From: an uncultured Acidobacteriota bacterium
GTDB lineage: Bacteria; Acidobacteriota; Vicinamibacteria; Vicinamibacterales; UBA2999
Direction: 5' to 3'
DNA length: 64,000 nucleotides
NCBI GenBank assembly: GCA_963734635.1
Contig: CAVTIA010000002.1
Span: 486,406 to 550,405 of the forward strand
Positions 13,315 through 22,870 of the stretch are shown piece after piece (the stretch's first letter is position 1; every line of letters starts with the position of its first letter). The translations under genes and the position numbers were made by a program. Under the pieces are notes generated by a model. The model worked only from the letters and a program-made list of their open reading frames with translations. It was not told the DNA's origin and ran no database searches.

Positions 13315-14244
13315 TTACCGAACAGGTGAGGGCTCTGCAATTTCGGGAACTGATGACGAGGGAGTTGGGAATGGCTGTGGTTCGGGTGTGCTACTCGGTG
13401 GTGTGGATGGCTCGACCGAGATCTCTCCATCGATCGATCCTTCTTCGGAAGCAGGTGCGTCGACCGATTCGAGAGGCGTGAGGTTCTCATCTGGTGTCGA
13501 AGTGACGGGCACCGGAACGACGGGCGCGGGTGTCGGTGGCGTCACTTCTCCCATGCGGCTCAGAATCAGCTTCTGACGACGAAACAATCGTGTGTTGGGA
13601 CGTGACGGGTTCAACACGCGAGGGTTGATGATGGCGCCCGCGAGGAGCGCCGCCTGTTCGGCATTCAGGGCGGATGCCGAAACGCCAAAGTACGTGCGGG
13701 CGGCTGCCTCCGCACCCCAGATCCCGTCGCCCCATTCGATCACGTTCAGATAGATTTCGAAAATTCGCGCCTTGGGAAGTGCCGCCTCGAGGCGGCGCGC
13801 GATGATGAGCTCGCGCAGCTTGCGCAGAGGGTTGCGCGAGGGCGTCAGATAGAGATTCTTCGCCAGCTGCTGGGTAATCGTGCTGGCGCCGCGAACGGCA
13901 CGACCCTGCTCCCAGTTGACGCGCATCGACTCACGAATCTGTTCCAGGTCGATCCCCTCGTGATCCCAGAAGGCGGCGTCCTCCGCCACCAGAACCGCCC
14001 GTTTTAAAGGCTGGGAGACGCGGGAATACGGCACCCATCGCTGGACGTGGCGTACGCGCTTCCCTTCGCGCGCCGCCTCGGCCGCACGCAGCTCCATGAA
14101 CGCCGTTGTCGAGGGATTCGTCTTCGCGAGTACGCGGACGTCGGGAAGCGTCAGGTAGACGTAGGCGAGGGTAGCAAACGTGATCGCGCCGAGTATGACG
14201 AAGATCCGGAGAAGCGGAACGCGACGTTTAGCCACCGACAACAA
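13315..14244 (-). CDS. mtgA: monofunctional peptidoglycan glycosyltransferase with a Pro/Thr/Ser-rich C-terminal tail
   Basis: EDAAFWDHEGID...RGASTITQQLAKNLYL...RKLRELIIARRLE...ILEIYLNVIEWG are GT51 motifs. An alternative GTG start lies at 14235. Confidence 0.85.
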   Translation of the reverse strand: MLSVAKRRVPLLRIFVILGAITFATLAYVYLTLPDVRVLAKTNPSTTAFMELRAAEAAREGKRVRHVQRWVPYSRVSQPLKRAVLVAEDAAFWDHEGIDLEQIRESMRVNWEQGRAVRGASTITQQLAKNLYLTPSRNPLRKLRELIIARRLEAALPKARIFEIYLNVIEWGDGIWGAEAAARTYFGVSASALNAEQAALLAGAIINPRVLNPSRPNTRLFRRQKLILSRMGEVTPPTPAPVVPVPVTSTPDENLTPLESVDAPASEEGSIDGEISVEPSTPPSSTPEPQPFPTPSSSVPEIAEPSPVR

Positions 14245-15727
14245 TTTTGATACGGTTGCCCGGCTGTAGCGTCGAACCAGGTGTGGAATTGTTCATGACC
14301 GCCAGGGTAGCGGCGGTGATTACGCCGCCCGACCGCTCGGCGATCGATGCCCACGTATCCCCCGCCCTGACCACGTAAAAGTCAACGCGGTTGGGACGGA
14401 TGTTCTCGGCTTCAGCCGCGGTCATCGAGCGGAAGGAGCGGATGCTCGTGAGAAAGGCCGCGTCGGCCTGCTGGAACGCAGCGGGTGCTGCAAGACCAGC
14501 CACGATGTAAACCTTCCCGTCGTACGCGATGTGCGCCGCGCGCGTGGTCATCTGACCAAGGTCCTGCATCTGACCCTGGTACTCGCCGATGAACGCGTCT
14601 AGCCCGTTGATCCTGGAGCCCTCGCCGCGGACGAACCGGAACCCGGCGCTGTCCATGCTGTTCCGGGCAATCTCCTGGATGTTGCGTCCACGGGGCATTT
14701 CTACGAGCTGCAACAGCATGAACACGTTAGCGCCCGGCGCCTTGACGACCACCTGTTGCGGGCTGTTGGAGATTTCCCATTTTTCAGGGAAGTCGATTCT
14801 GAACCGCAGAACGGGATGGAGAAACGCGCTGCCACGCGCGATGCCCTGCTCCGGGTTGTCGCCGTAGACGATGCCGTCGATGCGCTGGTCGAACGCGTCG
14901 CGGTTGGTGGAGAACGACCCGCCAGCCGCTTTCAACTGCTGAACGGTTGGCTGAATCTCGCTCACACGTGAGAGCGGATCAGGGTGGGTGGACAGCCAGT
15001 TCGGGACGCCCCGTCGATCACCGGCCGCTTCGTCAAGTCGTCCGAGCGTCGAAAGAAACGCCGGGACCGCCGCCGGATCCCATCCGAGCTGCGATTCGTA
15101 TTTCGCACCCAGCTGATCTGACTGCAACTCGTCGTCGCGCCCATATTTGAGGAACAGCACGCCGAGCGCCTGCGCGCCCAGGTCGCCGAACGGTCGCGCC
15201 ACCGGGACGAATATGCCGAGCGCAATGAGACCCGCCTGACCGCCGACCTGCCGCGTGTACTGCTGCGCCGAATGCCGCGCGGTAACGTGGCCGATCTCGT
15301 GTCCGAGAACGCCGGCGAGCTCCGCCTCGTTGTCGAGAAAGGGCATGATCCCGCGGGTGATATAGATCGCCCCGCCCGGCACCGCGAACGCGTTCACCGC
15401 GGGAACGTCCACCACCGTGAACCGCCATGGCAACTGCGGACGTTCGGAAATCTTCGCCATGCGCCAGCCGATTTCGCTGACGTAGCGCTGCAGCTCGGGG
15501 TCGTTGTAGACCCCCATCTCCTCTTTGATCTGCGGCTCCGACTCGTTGGCAATCGAGATTTCCTGCGCCTCGCTCATCAACGAGATTTCGCGGCGGCCTG
15601 TTACAGGATTGGTGGCGCAGGCGGCGAGGAGCGCAAGCAGAACAGCCGATGTCGTCAGGGACACCGGTAGCTGGAGGCCTTCGGGCCTCCGGACAAAACG
15701 AACGAACGGAAGCCACATCATCGTCAA
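14228..15727 (-). CDS. M48-family zinc metalloprotease lipoprotein with a C-terminal LysM domain
   Basis: Lipobox LLAAC, the HEIGHVTARH zinc motif and a C-terminal YVVRAGDTWASIAERSG...GNRIKIV (LysM). Confidence 0.85.
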   Translation of the reverse strand: MTMMWLPFVRFVRRPEGLQLPVSLTTSAVLLALLAACATNPVTGRREISLMSEAQEISIANESEPQIKEEMGVYNDPELQRYVSEIGWRMAKISERPQLPWRFTVVDVPAVNAFAVPGGAIYITRGIMPFLDNEAELAGVLGHEIGHVTARHSAQQYTRQVGGQAGLIALGIFVPVARPFGDLGAQALGVLFLKYGRDDELQSDQLGAKYESQLGWDPAAVPAFLSTLGRLDEAAGDRRGVPNWLSTHPDPLSRVSEIQPTVQQLKAAGGSFSTNRDAFDQRIDGIVYGDNPEQGIARGSAFLHPVLRFRIDFPEKWEISNSPQQVVVKAPGANVFMLLQLVEMPRGRNIQEIARNSMDSAGFRFVRGEGSRINGLDAFIGEYQGQMQDLGQMTTRAAHIAYDGKVYIVAGLAAPAAFQQADAAFLTSIRSFRSMTAAEAENIRPNRVDFYVVRAGDTWASIAERSGGVITAATLAVMNNSTPGSTLQPGNRIKIVVGG

Positions 15728-15731
15728 TCCG

Positions 15732-15791
15732 CCCGGTCAAAAGGACCCGGCCTACTTCCAGTTCCGCCGGGTCCAAAAGAGCCCGGCCTAC
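15732..15791. repeat. REP-like stem-loops, family C (two copies of CCGGGTCC-AAAA-GGACCCGG-CCTAC)
   Basis: Seen directly: cccggtcaaaaggacccggcctac (15732-15755) and ccgggtccaaaagagcccggcctac (15767-15791), in the gap between the M48 gene and the DapA-like gene. Confidence 0.85.
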
Positions 15792-15796
15792 AAAAG

Positions 15797-16699
15797 CTAC
15801 GCGCTGACGCGTTCGAGCAGCCCCAGCGCTTCGAGCTGCGTCCGCAGCGTGTCCACCACCTGAGGCGCGACCGGACGAAGCGGCGGCCGCGGAGCGCCGC
15901 CGGCGTAGCCCATGAGGTTGAGCGCAGCCTTGAGTGCCGGAACGCCGTGCTGCCCGCCGATGGTGCGCGCAAGCGGAATCAGCCGGCTCTGCAGCTCGCG
16001 TGCTTCGTTCAAGTGCCCCTCACGGACCAACGCCTGCAACAGCACGCAGGCGTCTGGTGCAAGTTGCGCGAGCGCAAGGATCGCGCCATCGCAGCCGACA
16101 CAAAGAGCCGCAAAAACGGTGGCGGCCGAGCCTGCCAGCACCGAGAAATCGTCGGGCGTCCGCGCAATGAAATCGGCAATCTGCGCGAGGTCGCTCCCCG
16201 ACTCCTTCATGCCGACGATATTCGGGTGAGTTCCCAAGCGGGCTACCGCGTCGGGCAACAGGTTGACACCCGTATACATCGTCACGTTGTAGAGCAACAC
16301 CGGGATGGGCGATGCGTCGGCCACTTCAACGTAATGCCGCACGAACACATCCGTGGTCATCTGCGCCTTGAAAAATGCGGGCGTCCGCACGAGCGCGGCG
16401 TCTGCACCAGCCGAGGCAGCGCGCCGGGTCGCGGCAATCGTGGCCCGTGTGGACTCGCGACCCGTTCCGACGACCATCGGCCGGTTCCTGGGCATTTCGG
16501 CGCGCACGATGTCGATAACCCGATCTGTTTCGTCCTCATCGAGCTGGGGCGCCTCACCGTTCGATCCGAGCACGACGAGGCCCGTGAGCGGCGTGGCCAT
16601 CCATCGCACAACGTTGGAGCGGAGTCCCTGCTCGTCGAGCGTGTCGTCGCTGAGGAAGGGCGTGACGATCGGGGTGAAGATACCGGTGAACCGTTTCAT
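15797..16699 (-). CDS. dihydrodipicolinate synthase / N-acetylneuraminate lyase family protein
   Basis: GIFTPIVTPF...GLVVLGSNGEAPQL...IVGMKESGSD (Schiff-base Lys context). The ATG at 16699 overlaps the upstream permease stop (ATGA). Confidence 0.8.
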   Translation of the reverse strand: MKRFTGIFTPIVTPFLSDDTLDEQGLRSNVVRWMATPLTGLVVLGSNGEAPQLDEDETDRVIDIVRAEMPRNRPMVVGTGRESTRATIAATRRAASAGADAALVRTPAFFKAQMTTDVFVRHYVEVADASPIPVLLYNVTMYTGVNLLPDAVARLGTHPNIVGMKESGSDLAQIADFIARTPDDFSVLAGSAATVFAALCVGCDGAILALAQLAPDACVLLQALVREGHLNEARELQSRLIPLARTIGGQHGVPALKAALNLMGYAGGAPRPPLRPVAPQVVDTLRTQLEALGLLERVSA

Positions 16700-17670
16700 G
16701 GCTCCAATTGTACAGGTGTGCGCCCCGCTCCCTGCACCACGAGGTTGACGCCGAGGACGACCAGAAAAATTGCTGCCGCCGGTGCGAGCATCCACGGCGC
16801 ATCGACGACGAGCGAGATGTTTGCGGCCTCCTGCAACATGGTGCCCCACGTGGGCACCGTGTCGGGAAAGCCAAGGCCGACGTACGACAGCGTCGCCTCG
16901 GCCATGATGAAGGCCGGCAGCAGCAGCGTGGCCTGCGCTGCCAGGTAGCCGCCGGTCGCCGGTAGAAGATGTCGCGTAAGCAGGCGCCATGGCGTGGCGC
17001 CAAGCGCACGCCCTGCCGTCACATACTCGCGCTCGCGCTCAGATGCCACGATGGCGCGCACGCCGCGTGCCACGATCGGCCAGCCGAGAAGCGCGAATAT
17101 CGACGCCAGCAGCACGAACACCGTCGCGGGCGACAGAACCAGCGGCATGGCGGCGCGCAGGGCGAGCGCCACATAGATTGCCGGCAGCACCAGGACGAAG
17201 TCGGTAAACCTGGAGAGCGCGTGATCGATCGCGCCGCCAGCGTAGCCAGCGAGGCCACCGACAAATGCCCCTACGAGCAGCGCGCCGAGCGTGCCGATCA
17301 ACGCCAGTCCGAGCGAGGTGCGAGCACTGTAAAGGAGGCGCGCAAACGTGTCGCGGCCGAGGCTGTCGGCGCCGAGCAGGAGCAGTGGACCGCCATCCAC
17401 TTCGTGCACGGTAACCAGGCGGCCGTCGGTGAACCATCGCAGCGATACGGGCTGAGAGGTGTCCTCTTCAAATCGCCGCTCCAGAGGATTGACGAGGCGC
17501 TGTGGGTAGATGAACGGCGCCCGCGGCGCCCCGTTAAACACGTGAATGGCGGTGGGCGGCGCGTACAGCGAACCGGGATGCCGGCGGTCGGGCGCATTCG
17601 GCGCGAGCCACGGCGCGGCAATGGTGACGAGAACCGCAGCCGCGAGGAGCCACAGGCCGGCCCGCTTCAT
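16696..17670 (-). CDS. peptide/nickel ABC transporter permease (DppC/OppC-like)
   Basis: The N-terminal ...APWLAPNAPD and the EAA-loop region SEREREYVTAGRALGATPWRLLTRHLLP fit this family. There is a 4-nt overlap with the upstream permease. Confidence 0.85.
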   Translation of the reverse strand: MKRAGLWLLAAAVLVTIAAPWLAPNAPDRRHPGSLYAPPTAIHVFNGAPRAPFIYPQRLVNPLERRFEEDTSQPVSLRWFTDGRLVTVHEVDGGPLLLLGADSLGRDTFARLLYSARTSLGLALIGTLGALLVGAFVGGLAGYAGGAIDHALSRFTDFVLVLPAIYVALALRAAMPLVLSPATVFVLLASIFALLGWPIVARGVRAIVASEREREYVTAGRALGATPWRLLTRHLLPATGGYLAAQATLLLPAFIMAEATLSYVGLGFPDTVPTWGTMLQEAANISLVVDAPWMLAPAAAIFLVVLGVNLVVQGAGRTPVQLEP

Positions 17671-18641
17671 GGCACCTGCCGTTCGCGCACACGTGGATCC
17701 GCCGCGGCGAGGAGCAAGTCGCCGATCACGCTGCCAACGGCCAGAAAAAGGCCGCCCATCGCCGCGCATCCAGCCACGAGATAGATGTCGCGCGCGCGTA
17801 GCGCCTCATACATGAGTCGGCCAAGCCCCGGCCACGCGGTCACGAACTCCACGACAAACGAACCCGAGAGCAGCGCACCAATCGCGAGGCCGTACACGCC
17901 GCAGATCGGGCGCAGTGAGACGCGCCAGGCGTGACGCAGAACCACGTCGCGCGCAGAAAGGCCGCGCGCGATAGCGGCATAGGTGAACGGCTGGTGCAAA
18001 GCCTCGGTCATCGATTGAGACTGGAGCCGCTCGAACGTGGCGGCTATCGGCAGCGCGAGCGCCAGCACCGGCAGCGGCAGATGCGTCGCCACGTCGGTCA
18101 TCCAGGCGAAGCCACCGAGCGTTGTGGCATCAGCGGATGTCATTCCCCCTGCCGGAAACCAGCGTGTACTGGCCGCGATGAAAAGGAGCAGCAGCGAGGT
18201 GAGCAGCGGCGGGACAGAAAGGCACACGAGCGACAGCGCACGTATGACGGCCGCGCCAGCGCCACTCCGGCTGCCTGAGAGCACGCCGAGCGGGATGCCG
18301 ACGAACGTTGCGAGCGCGAGGGCCGCAACGGCCAGCACAGCAGTGTTCACGGCAGCGCTCAGGACCAGGCCACGTACCGGCCGGTTGTAGAGGAACGAAT
18401 CACCGAAGTCGAAGCGCACCGTGCGCGCAAGCCACGTGACCCATTGAGCGCCCGGACTGCGATCCAGATCGAATCGCGCACGTGTACTGGCAATTTCGGT
18501 GGCGCTCGCAAACGGCCCAAGCTGCGCCGTGACGTCGCCAGGCGCCAGCCGCGCGAGAAAGAGCGCCGTCGATGAAACGACGAGCACGAGCAGCAGAGCG
18601 AATGCCAGCCGCTGTGCAAGGAATCTAATCAACGGGCGCAA
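17667..18641 (-). CDS. peptide/nickel ABC transporter permease (DppB/OppB-like)
   Basis: MRPLIRFLAQRLAFALLLVLVVSS..., the typical N-terminus, and six hydrophobic spans. Confidence 0.85.
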   Translation of the reverse strand: MRPLIRFLAQRLAFALLLVLVVSSTALFLARLAPGDVTAQLGPFASATEIASTRARFDLDRSPGAQWVTWLARTVRFDFGDSFLYNRPVRGLVLSAAVNTAVLAVAALALATFVGIPLGVLSGSRSGAGAAVIRALSLVCLSVPPLLTSLLLLFIAASTRWFPAGGMTSADATTLGGFAWMTDVATHLPLPVLALALPIAATFERLQSQSMTEALHQPFTYAAIARGLSARDVVLRHAWRVSLRPICGVYGLAIGALLSGSFVVEFVTAWPGLGRLMYEALRARDIYLVAGCAAMGGLFLAVGSVIGDLLLAAADPRVRERQVP

Positions 18642-20322
18642 CGCTCAGGCTGTCGGCATTCCACAGGACAGGAGGTCGCAGGACCGAAGGCACGACCCCA
18701 CGCAGTCGCGTACTGTGCGCGTAGTACATGCGCGGCGCAACGAAGTAGAGCACGGGCAGGTTTTCCGCGAACGTCCGCTGCACGAGCATGAACTGCTCCC
18801 GACGCCGGTTGGGGTCGGTGCTCGCGGCCTGTTCGATCATGAGCGTGTCGATGCGCCGTTCCCACTCGGTGGCGGGACTGCGCTGCGACATGTTCCAGAA
18901 ATGCCCTGAGCCGGAACTCAGCCAGAAATCGAGGTTGCCGGCCGGGTCGAGGTCCGTGGCGAGCGGCCTGTAATAAATAGCGTCGTAGTCGCACGCCAGC
19001 AGCCGCTGGATGAGGGCGCCAACCTCGAGCGGCTCGAAATCGATGGCGATGCCAATGCCCGCCAGCTCGTCGCGCAGCACCGTTGTGCCCTTTTCGTACC
19101 AGCCGATGCCGCGCTGCGTGATGCCGGTGAAGCGCGCTTCGGTGCCCCGCGCGTCCTCGACCACGCCGTTCCCGTTGCGATCCTCCAGCCCAATCCCCTT
19201 CAGCAGTTCGCGCGCGCGATTGTCGTCGTGGGGGTAGCGAAGCACATTCGGGGAGAACCACTGTGTGTTCCCGGGCGTGATCGGACCCCACACCGGCACG
19301 GCCGCGCCGAGAAACACCGTTTGCGCAAACGCTTCCCGATCGACCGCGTGCGAAATGGCCCGCCGGAATTCCGGGCGCTGCACGAAAGCGAAACGGGGAT
19401 CCTTTCCCTTGACCTCGGGCTTCAGGCAGAACCAGAACGCATCGGCGTCGGGACCGACGCCGAGCTGGACGAGGCGCAACTGCCCCTGCTCCATTGCCCG
19501 GCGCACCGGCACGTAATCCTCCGGCCGCAACTCGGTTGACGTGAGGTCTGTCGACCCCGACTGCAGCCGCAGCAGCTCCGCATTCTGTTCCGGCACGATT
19601 TCCAGAACGATGCGGTCAACGTACGGAAGCTCGCCGTCGTCGGCCGCACGTCGCCAGTAGCGGGGATTGCGGTCCAGCACGACCCGCTGTCCGGGCTGGT
19701 ATTCGCGGACAACGAACGGGCCGGTGCCGACGATGTCGACGGGAGGTGTGGTGCTGGCCCATGCGGCGGCGAATTTGCCGGAGGCGAGCTCACCCTCCAG
19801 CTTGTGCTTCGGCAGAATCGGGAGCTGGTCGAGGAGCCGCAGTCCTGGACCCGACGCGCCGGCAAACGTCACGATGACGGTTTGCGCGTCGGGCGCGGTG
19901 GCGCGGAGCGGCTGCCCGCCGGCCACCAGGATGCCGGCCAGCACGCTCTCCGACTTCGGGTCGAAGACGGCCCGCAGCGAGAACAGAACGTCGGCCGACG
20001 TGAATGGCGTACCGTCGGACCAGGTCACACCCGGCCGCAGGTGGAGCGTGTGCACAAGGCCGTCGTCGCTCGACTCCCACTTCTCTGCCAGCCACGGCTC
20101 CACCTCGAACGTGGCGCGGTTCACCCGCACCAGGCGTCCTTGCGTGAGCTGGGTGAGGAGCTCGGTGGCCTGGTCCCGGGCAACGAGCCGGTTGAACGAC
20201 CGCGGCTCGGCCCGGATGGAGGCCACGATCTGGCCGCCACGGCTTGGCGCCGTGTCCCTTTCAACAGCGGGCGAATCGCTCGATTCGCTTCGCAACAGGA
20301 ACCCGACCGCGAGGGCAAGCAC
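18625..20322 (-). CDS. ABC transporter substrate-binding protein, family 5 (peptide/nickel)
   Basis: 565 aa and secreted. LHLRPGVTWSDGTPFTSADVLFS and NPRYW motifs. First gene of the SBP-permease-permease-DapA-like operon. No ATPase genes are seen in the window. Confidence 0.85.
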   Translation of the reverse strand: MLALAVGFLLRSESSDSPAVERDTAPSRGGQIVASIRAEPRSFNRLVARDQATELLTQLTQGRLVRVNRATFEVEPWLAEKWESSDDGLVHTLHLRPGVTWSDGTPFTSADVLFSLRAVFDPKSESVLAGILVAGGQPLRATAPDAQTVIVTFAGASGPGLRLLDQLPILPKHKLEGELASGKFAAAWASTTPPVDIVGTGPFVVREYQPGQRVVLDRNPRYWRRAADDGELPYVDRIVLEIVPEQNAELLRLQSGSTDLTSTELRPEDYVPVRRAMEQGQLRLVQLGVGPDADAFWFCLKPEVKGKDPRFAFVQRPEFRRAISHAVDREAFAQTVFLGAAVPVWGPITPGNTQWFSPNVLRYPHDDNRARELLKGIGLEDRNGNGVVEDARGTEARFTGITQRGIGWYEKGTTVLRDELAGIGIAIDFEPLEVGALIQRLLACDYDAIYYRPLATDLDPAGNLDFWLSSGSGHFWNMSQRSPATEWERRIDTLMIEQAASTDPNRRREQFMLVQRTFAENLPVLYFVAPRMYYAHSTRLRGVVPSVLRPPVLWNADSLSVAPVD

Positions 20323-20594
20323 CGCAGCACCCAGAATGGCCCGAACGAGAGAAGTTTTTACCTGCAGATTCTTGATGCTCCGGTCAATTTATTGGCCACG
20401 TCTGAATCCGTGCAGATTTCAGCACAAAACCGTGCAATGCCCAATACTGCCGCGCGCCCCGCGCCTCGTCGATTGAAACGGCCAAGCGTCTGGCCTCCAG
20501 CAGGCAGCCTCGACGCGCAAAGCCAGGTGCGCTGCAGATCCTAAGTCGTTCTCCATCATCGAATTACGCGCGCGCATGGTTTTGGCCCGGCTGC

Positions 20595-20609
20595 TGGCAC
20601 TGCCTCTGC
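20595..20609 (+). promoter_or_regulatory. candidate sigma-54 (-24/-12) promoter
   Basis: TGGCAC-TGCCT-CTGC. The G of GG to G of GC spacing is 12 nt, as in the TGGCAC-N5-TTGC consensus. It lies 28 nt upstream of the GTG at 20637, with GGAGG at 20624-20628 in between. Confidence 0.5.
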
Positions 20610-20636
20610 CATAGCAATGGCCCGGAGGCTCATTAA

Positions 20637-20897
20637 GTGGCAACCGAAGACCTCGAACTACACGCTCCCCAGCGTCTCGGACGAAGCGTATCAATCGATC
20701 AGGCCGCGCAGCTGCTGAACGTATCGCGTCGGACCGTTTATTACCGCATCCGCGACGGCCGTCTCCAGACCATCCGCACCATCGGAGGCTCTCAGCGCGT
20801 GCTCGTTGAGTCGCTGTTCACGATGGGATTCCGGCCGCAGCCGTTTCCGACGTCCGCACTGGCCACGACGTTTACGGTTCGAGCCGCACGAGGCTGA
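20637..20897 (+). CDS. small helix-turn-helix DNA-binding protein (excisionase/MerR-like HTH)
   Basis: SIDQAAQLLNVSRRTVYYRIRDGRLQTIR is a classic HTH_17-type segment. Length 86 aa. Confidence 0.7.
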   Translation: MATEDLELHAPQRLGRSVSIDQAAQLLNVSRRTVYYRIRDGRLQTIRTIGGSQRVLVESLFTMGFRPQPFPTSALATTFTVRAARG

Positions 20898-21005
20898 CAG
20901 GCCTTTTCCTGTCCGGGAGGTTTCATTGGCCCCACAGAGCACCGCCGCATCGACCAGTCGACCAGACAATCCTCCTTCGTTGTTCCTCTGATCTGTCTTG
21001 CGGCG

Positions 21006-22767
21006 GTGCTGTTGGGGCCGATCGACGCCTCGGCACAAGGGCGCCGGGCGCGTCTCTCCCGCGATCTTGTCCAGCAGCTCGAGTCCGTCACCGACACGGC
21101 CACCTGCGTCATCGTCCCTGGCACGCGCGCGCAGGTGGACGGCCTGGTGGCGCGGCACGGACTCACCATCCGCAAGCGGCTCAAGGGAGCGGCCGTTCTC
21201 GAAATACCCGCCGGCGCATTGGCCGCCGTGGCGGCTGACGCGGGGCTCGACTCCCTCACCAGCAACTATCGGCTGAAGCCGCACATGGGGGTGACGACAA
21301 CCGCGATTGGCGCCGACCAGGTGTGGTCGGCCGGCTGGGCAGCGGGCGCTCCAGGCCTCACCGGCAGCGGCATCGGGGTGGCCGTGATCGACACGGGCGT
21401 CGCCGATGTCCGGGAACTCAAGAATCGAATCGTCGTCAGCGTGGACTTCACCGGCTCGTCCGGCGCGTCCGGCCAGGCGGTGGGCCGCGCCGGCTGTGGC
21501 AACGCCGGGACGGCGGCGCGAGGGCGCGCTGGCGACGATAACGGTCACGGCACGCACGTGGCCGGGATCATCGCGGCCGCCGGGGTTAACGCGAAGGACA
21601 CCACCAGCGGCGTGGCGCCCGGAGCCCACATCATCAACCTGAAGGTGCTCGGCGCCGACGGCAGCGGCTATGCCAGCGACGTGGCCGACGCGATTGACTG
21701 GGCGACTGAGAATCGCGACCGCTACAAGATCAAGGTCATCAACCTGTCGCTGGGCGGGCCGGTGCTCCAGCGCTGCGCCGACGATCCGGTGTGCCAGGCC
21801 GTTGAGCGCGCGTATGACGCCAAGATTACGGTCGTCGTCTCCGCGGGCAACCACGGGAGGGATGCCAACGGCAACGAGCTGTTCGGCCGCATCACGATGC
21901 CCGGCGTCTCGCCGTTCGCGATTACTGTGGGCGCGCTCAACACGAAGGGCACCGCGCAGCGGTCTGACGATGTGATCACGACATACAGCTCGCGGGGGCC
22001 GACGTGGTTCGACGGCCTGATCAAGCCGGATCTGGTGGCGCCGGGCAACAAGATCGTGGGGCTGCTGGCGCCGAAATCAACGCTGGCGCGCGAGCACCCA
22101 GAGCTGGTGATCGACACGACCCAGGGCAAGCGGCTCCAGCTATCGGGCTCGAGTATGAGCGCAGCCGCCGTGTCGGGCGCCGCCGCGCTCGTGCTCGAAG
22201 CGATGAAGGGGCTTCACCCAGAAGCCGTTCGGCATCTGCTCCAGCAAACGGCCAGCGAGGTCGCGAATACCACGCCGCTCCAGGCGGGCACAGGCAGCTT
22301 GAACGTGCGTGGCAGCCTCGCAGTCGTTGCCGGACAGGAATCGGATGTGTTGATCGCCGGCGACCTCGCGCAGGCTGGCCGCCAGCAGCTTCTGCACGCG
22401 ATTAACGTGTGTCACATGGTCCGATGGCGTGAACTGGTCGGACGGCGTCACCTGGTCGGACGGGGTCACTGGTCGGACGGCGTCACTTGGTCGGACGGCG
22501 TCACCTGGTCGGACGGCGTCAACTGGTCGGAGGGCATCACTTGGTCGGAAGGCATCAACTGGTCGGAGGGCGTCAACTGGTCGGACGGCATCAACTGGTC
22601 GGACGGCGTCAGCTGGTCGGACGGCGTCACGTGGTCGGACGGCGTCACCTGGTCGGACGGCGTCACTGGTCGGACGGCGTCACGTGGTCGGACGGCGTCA
22701 CCTGGTCGGACGGCGTCACTGGTCGGACGGCGTCACCTGGTCAGACGGCGTTACCTGGTCGGATTGA
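21006..22767 (+). pseudogene. secreted S8 (subtilisin-like) serine protease with a C-terminal WSDGVT hexapeptide repeat array; frame breaks occur only in the repeat part
   Basis: Catalytic triad contexts VAVIDTGV, DDNGHGTHVAGIIAA and SGSSMSAAAVSGAAAL. The hydrophobic leader ...VVPLICLAAVLLGPIDASAQG extends upstream of the GTG at 21006, so the true start is uncertain. The array reads as WSDGVT successively in frames 1, 0, 2 and 1 and ends WSD-TGA at 22767. Confidence 0.8.
22417..22764 (+). repeat. tandem 18-bp repeat (about 19.5 units) encoding W-S-[DE]-G-[VI]-[TNS]
   Basis: The consensus tggtcggacggcgtcacc was read directly. Three units are 17 bp (gtcac-tggtcgg at about 22467, 22664 and 22717), and each moves the repeat into another frame. 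Confidence 0.95.
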
Positions 22768-22870
22768 GCAATTCTGCGAATAACTTAACAACATCGATAG
22801 GAGTCGAAAATGCGACAGCTAATCATCTGGGGCGAATAGACCGATACAGTGGTCGCTCGGCCCGTCTTAA

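Noticed and set aside
16696-20322. Incomplete ABC importer (no ATPase genes) as an anomaly
   Set aside because: Peptide-type systems sometimes encode or share ATPases elsewhere. The operon is otherwise canonical with overlapping stop/start codons, so it is not unusual enough to report.
20637-20897. Excisionase-like HTH as evidence for a prophage or integrative element
   Set aside because: There is no integrase, no phage or conjugation genes, no att-like direct repeats and no tRNA anywhere in the window. The gene more plausibly belongs to the protease module.
20691-21854. 387-aa ORF on the minus strand
   Set aside because: It lies entirely antisense to the S8 protease gene, whose catalytic motifs are unambiguous. 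Long antisense ORFs are expected at this GC content. No motif was recognised.
22417-22764. Possible CRISPR array
   Set aside because: The units are contiguous 18-bp tandem repeats with no spacers. They continue the S8 protease reading frame. No cas genes are present.
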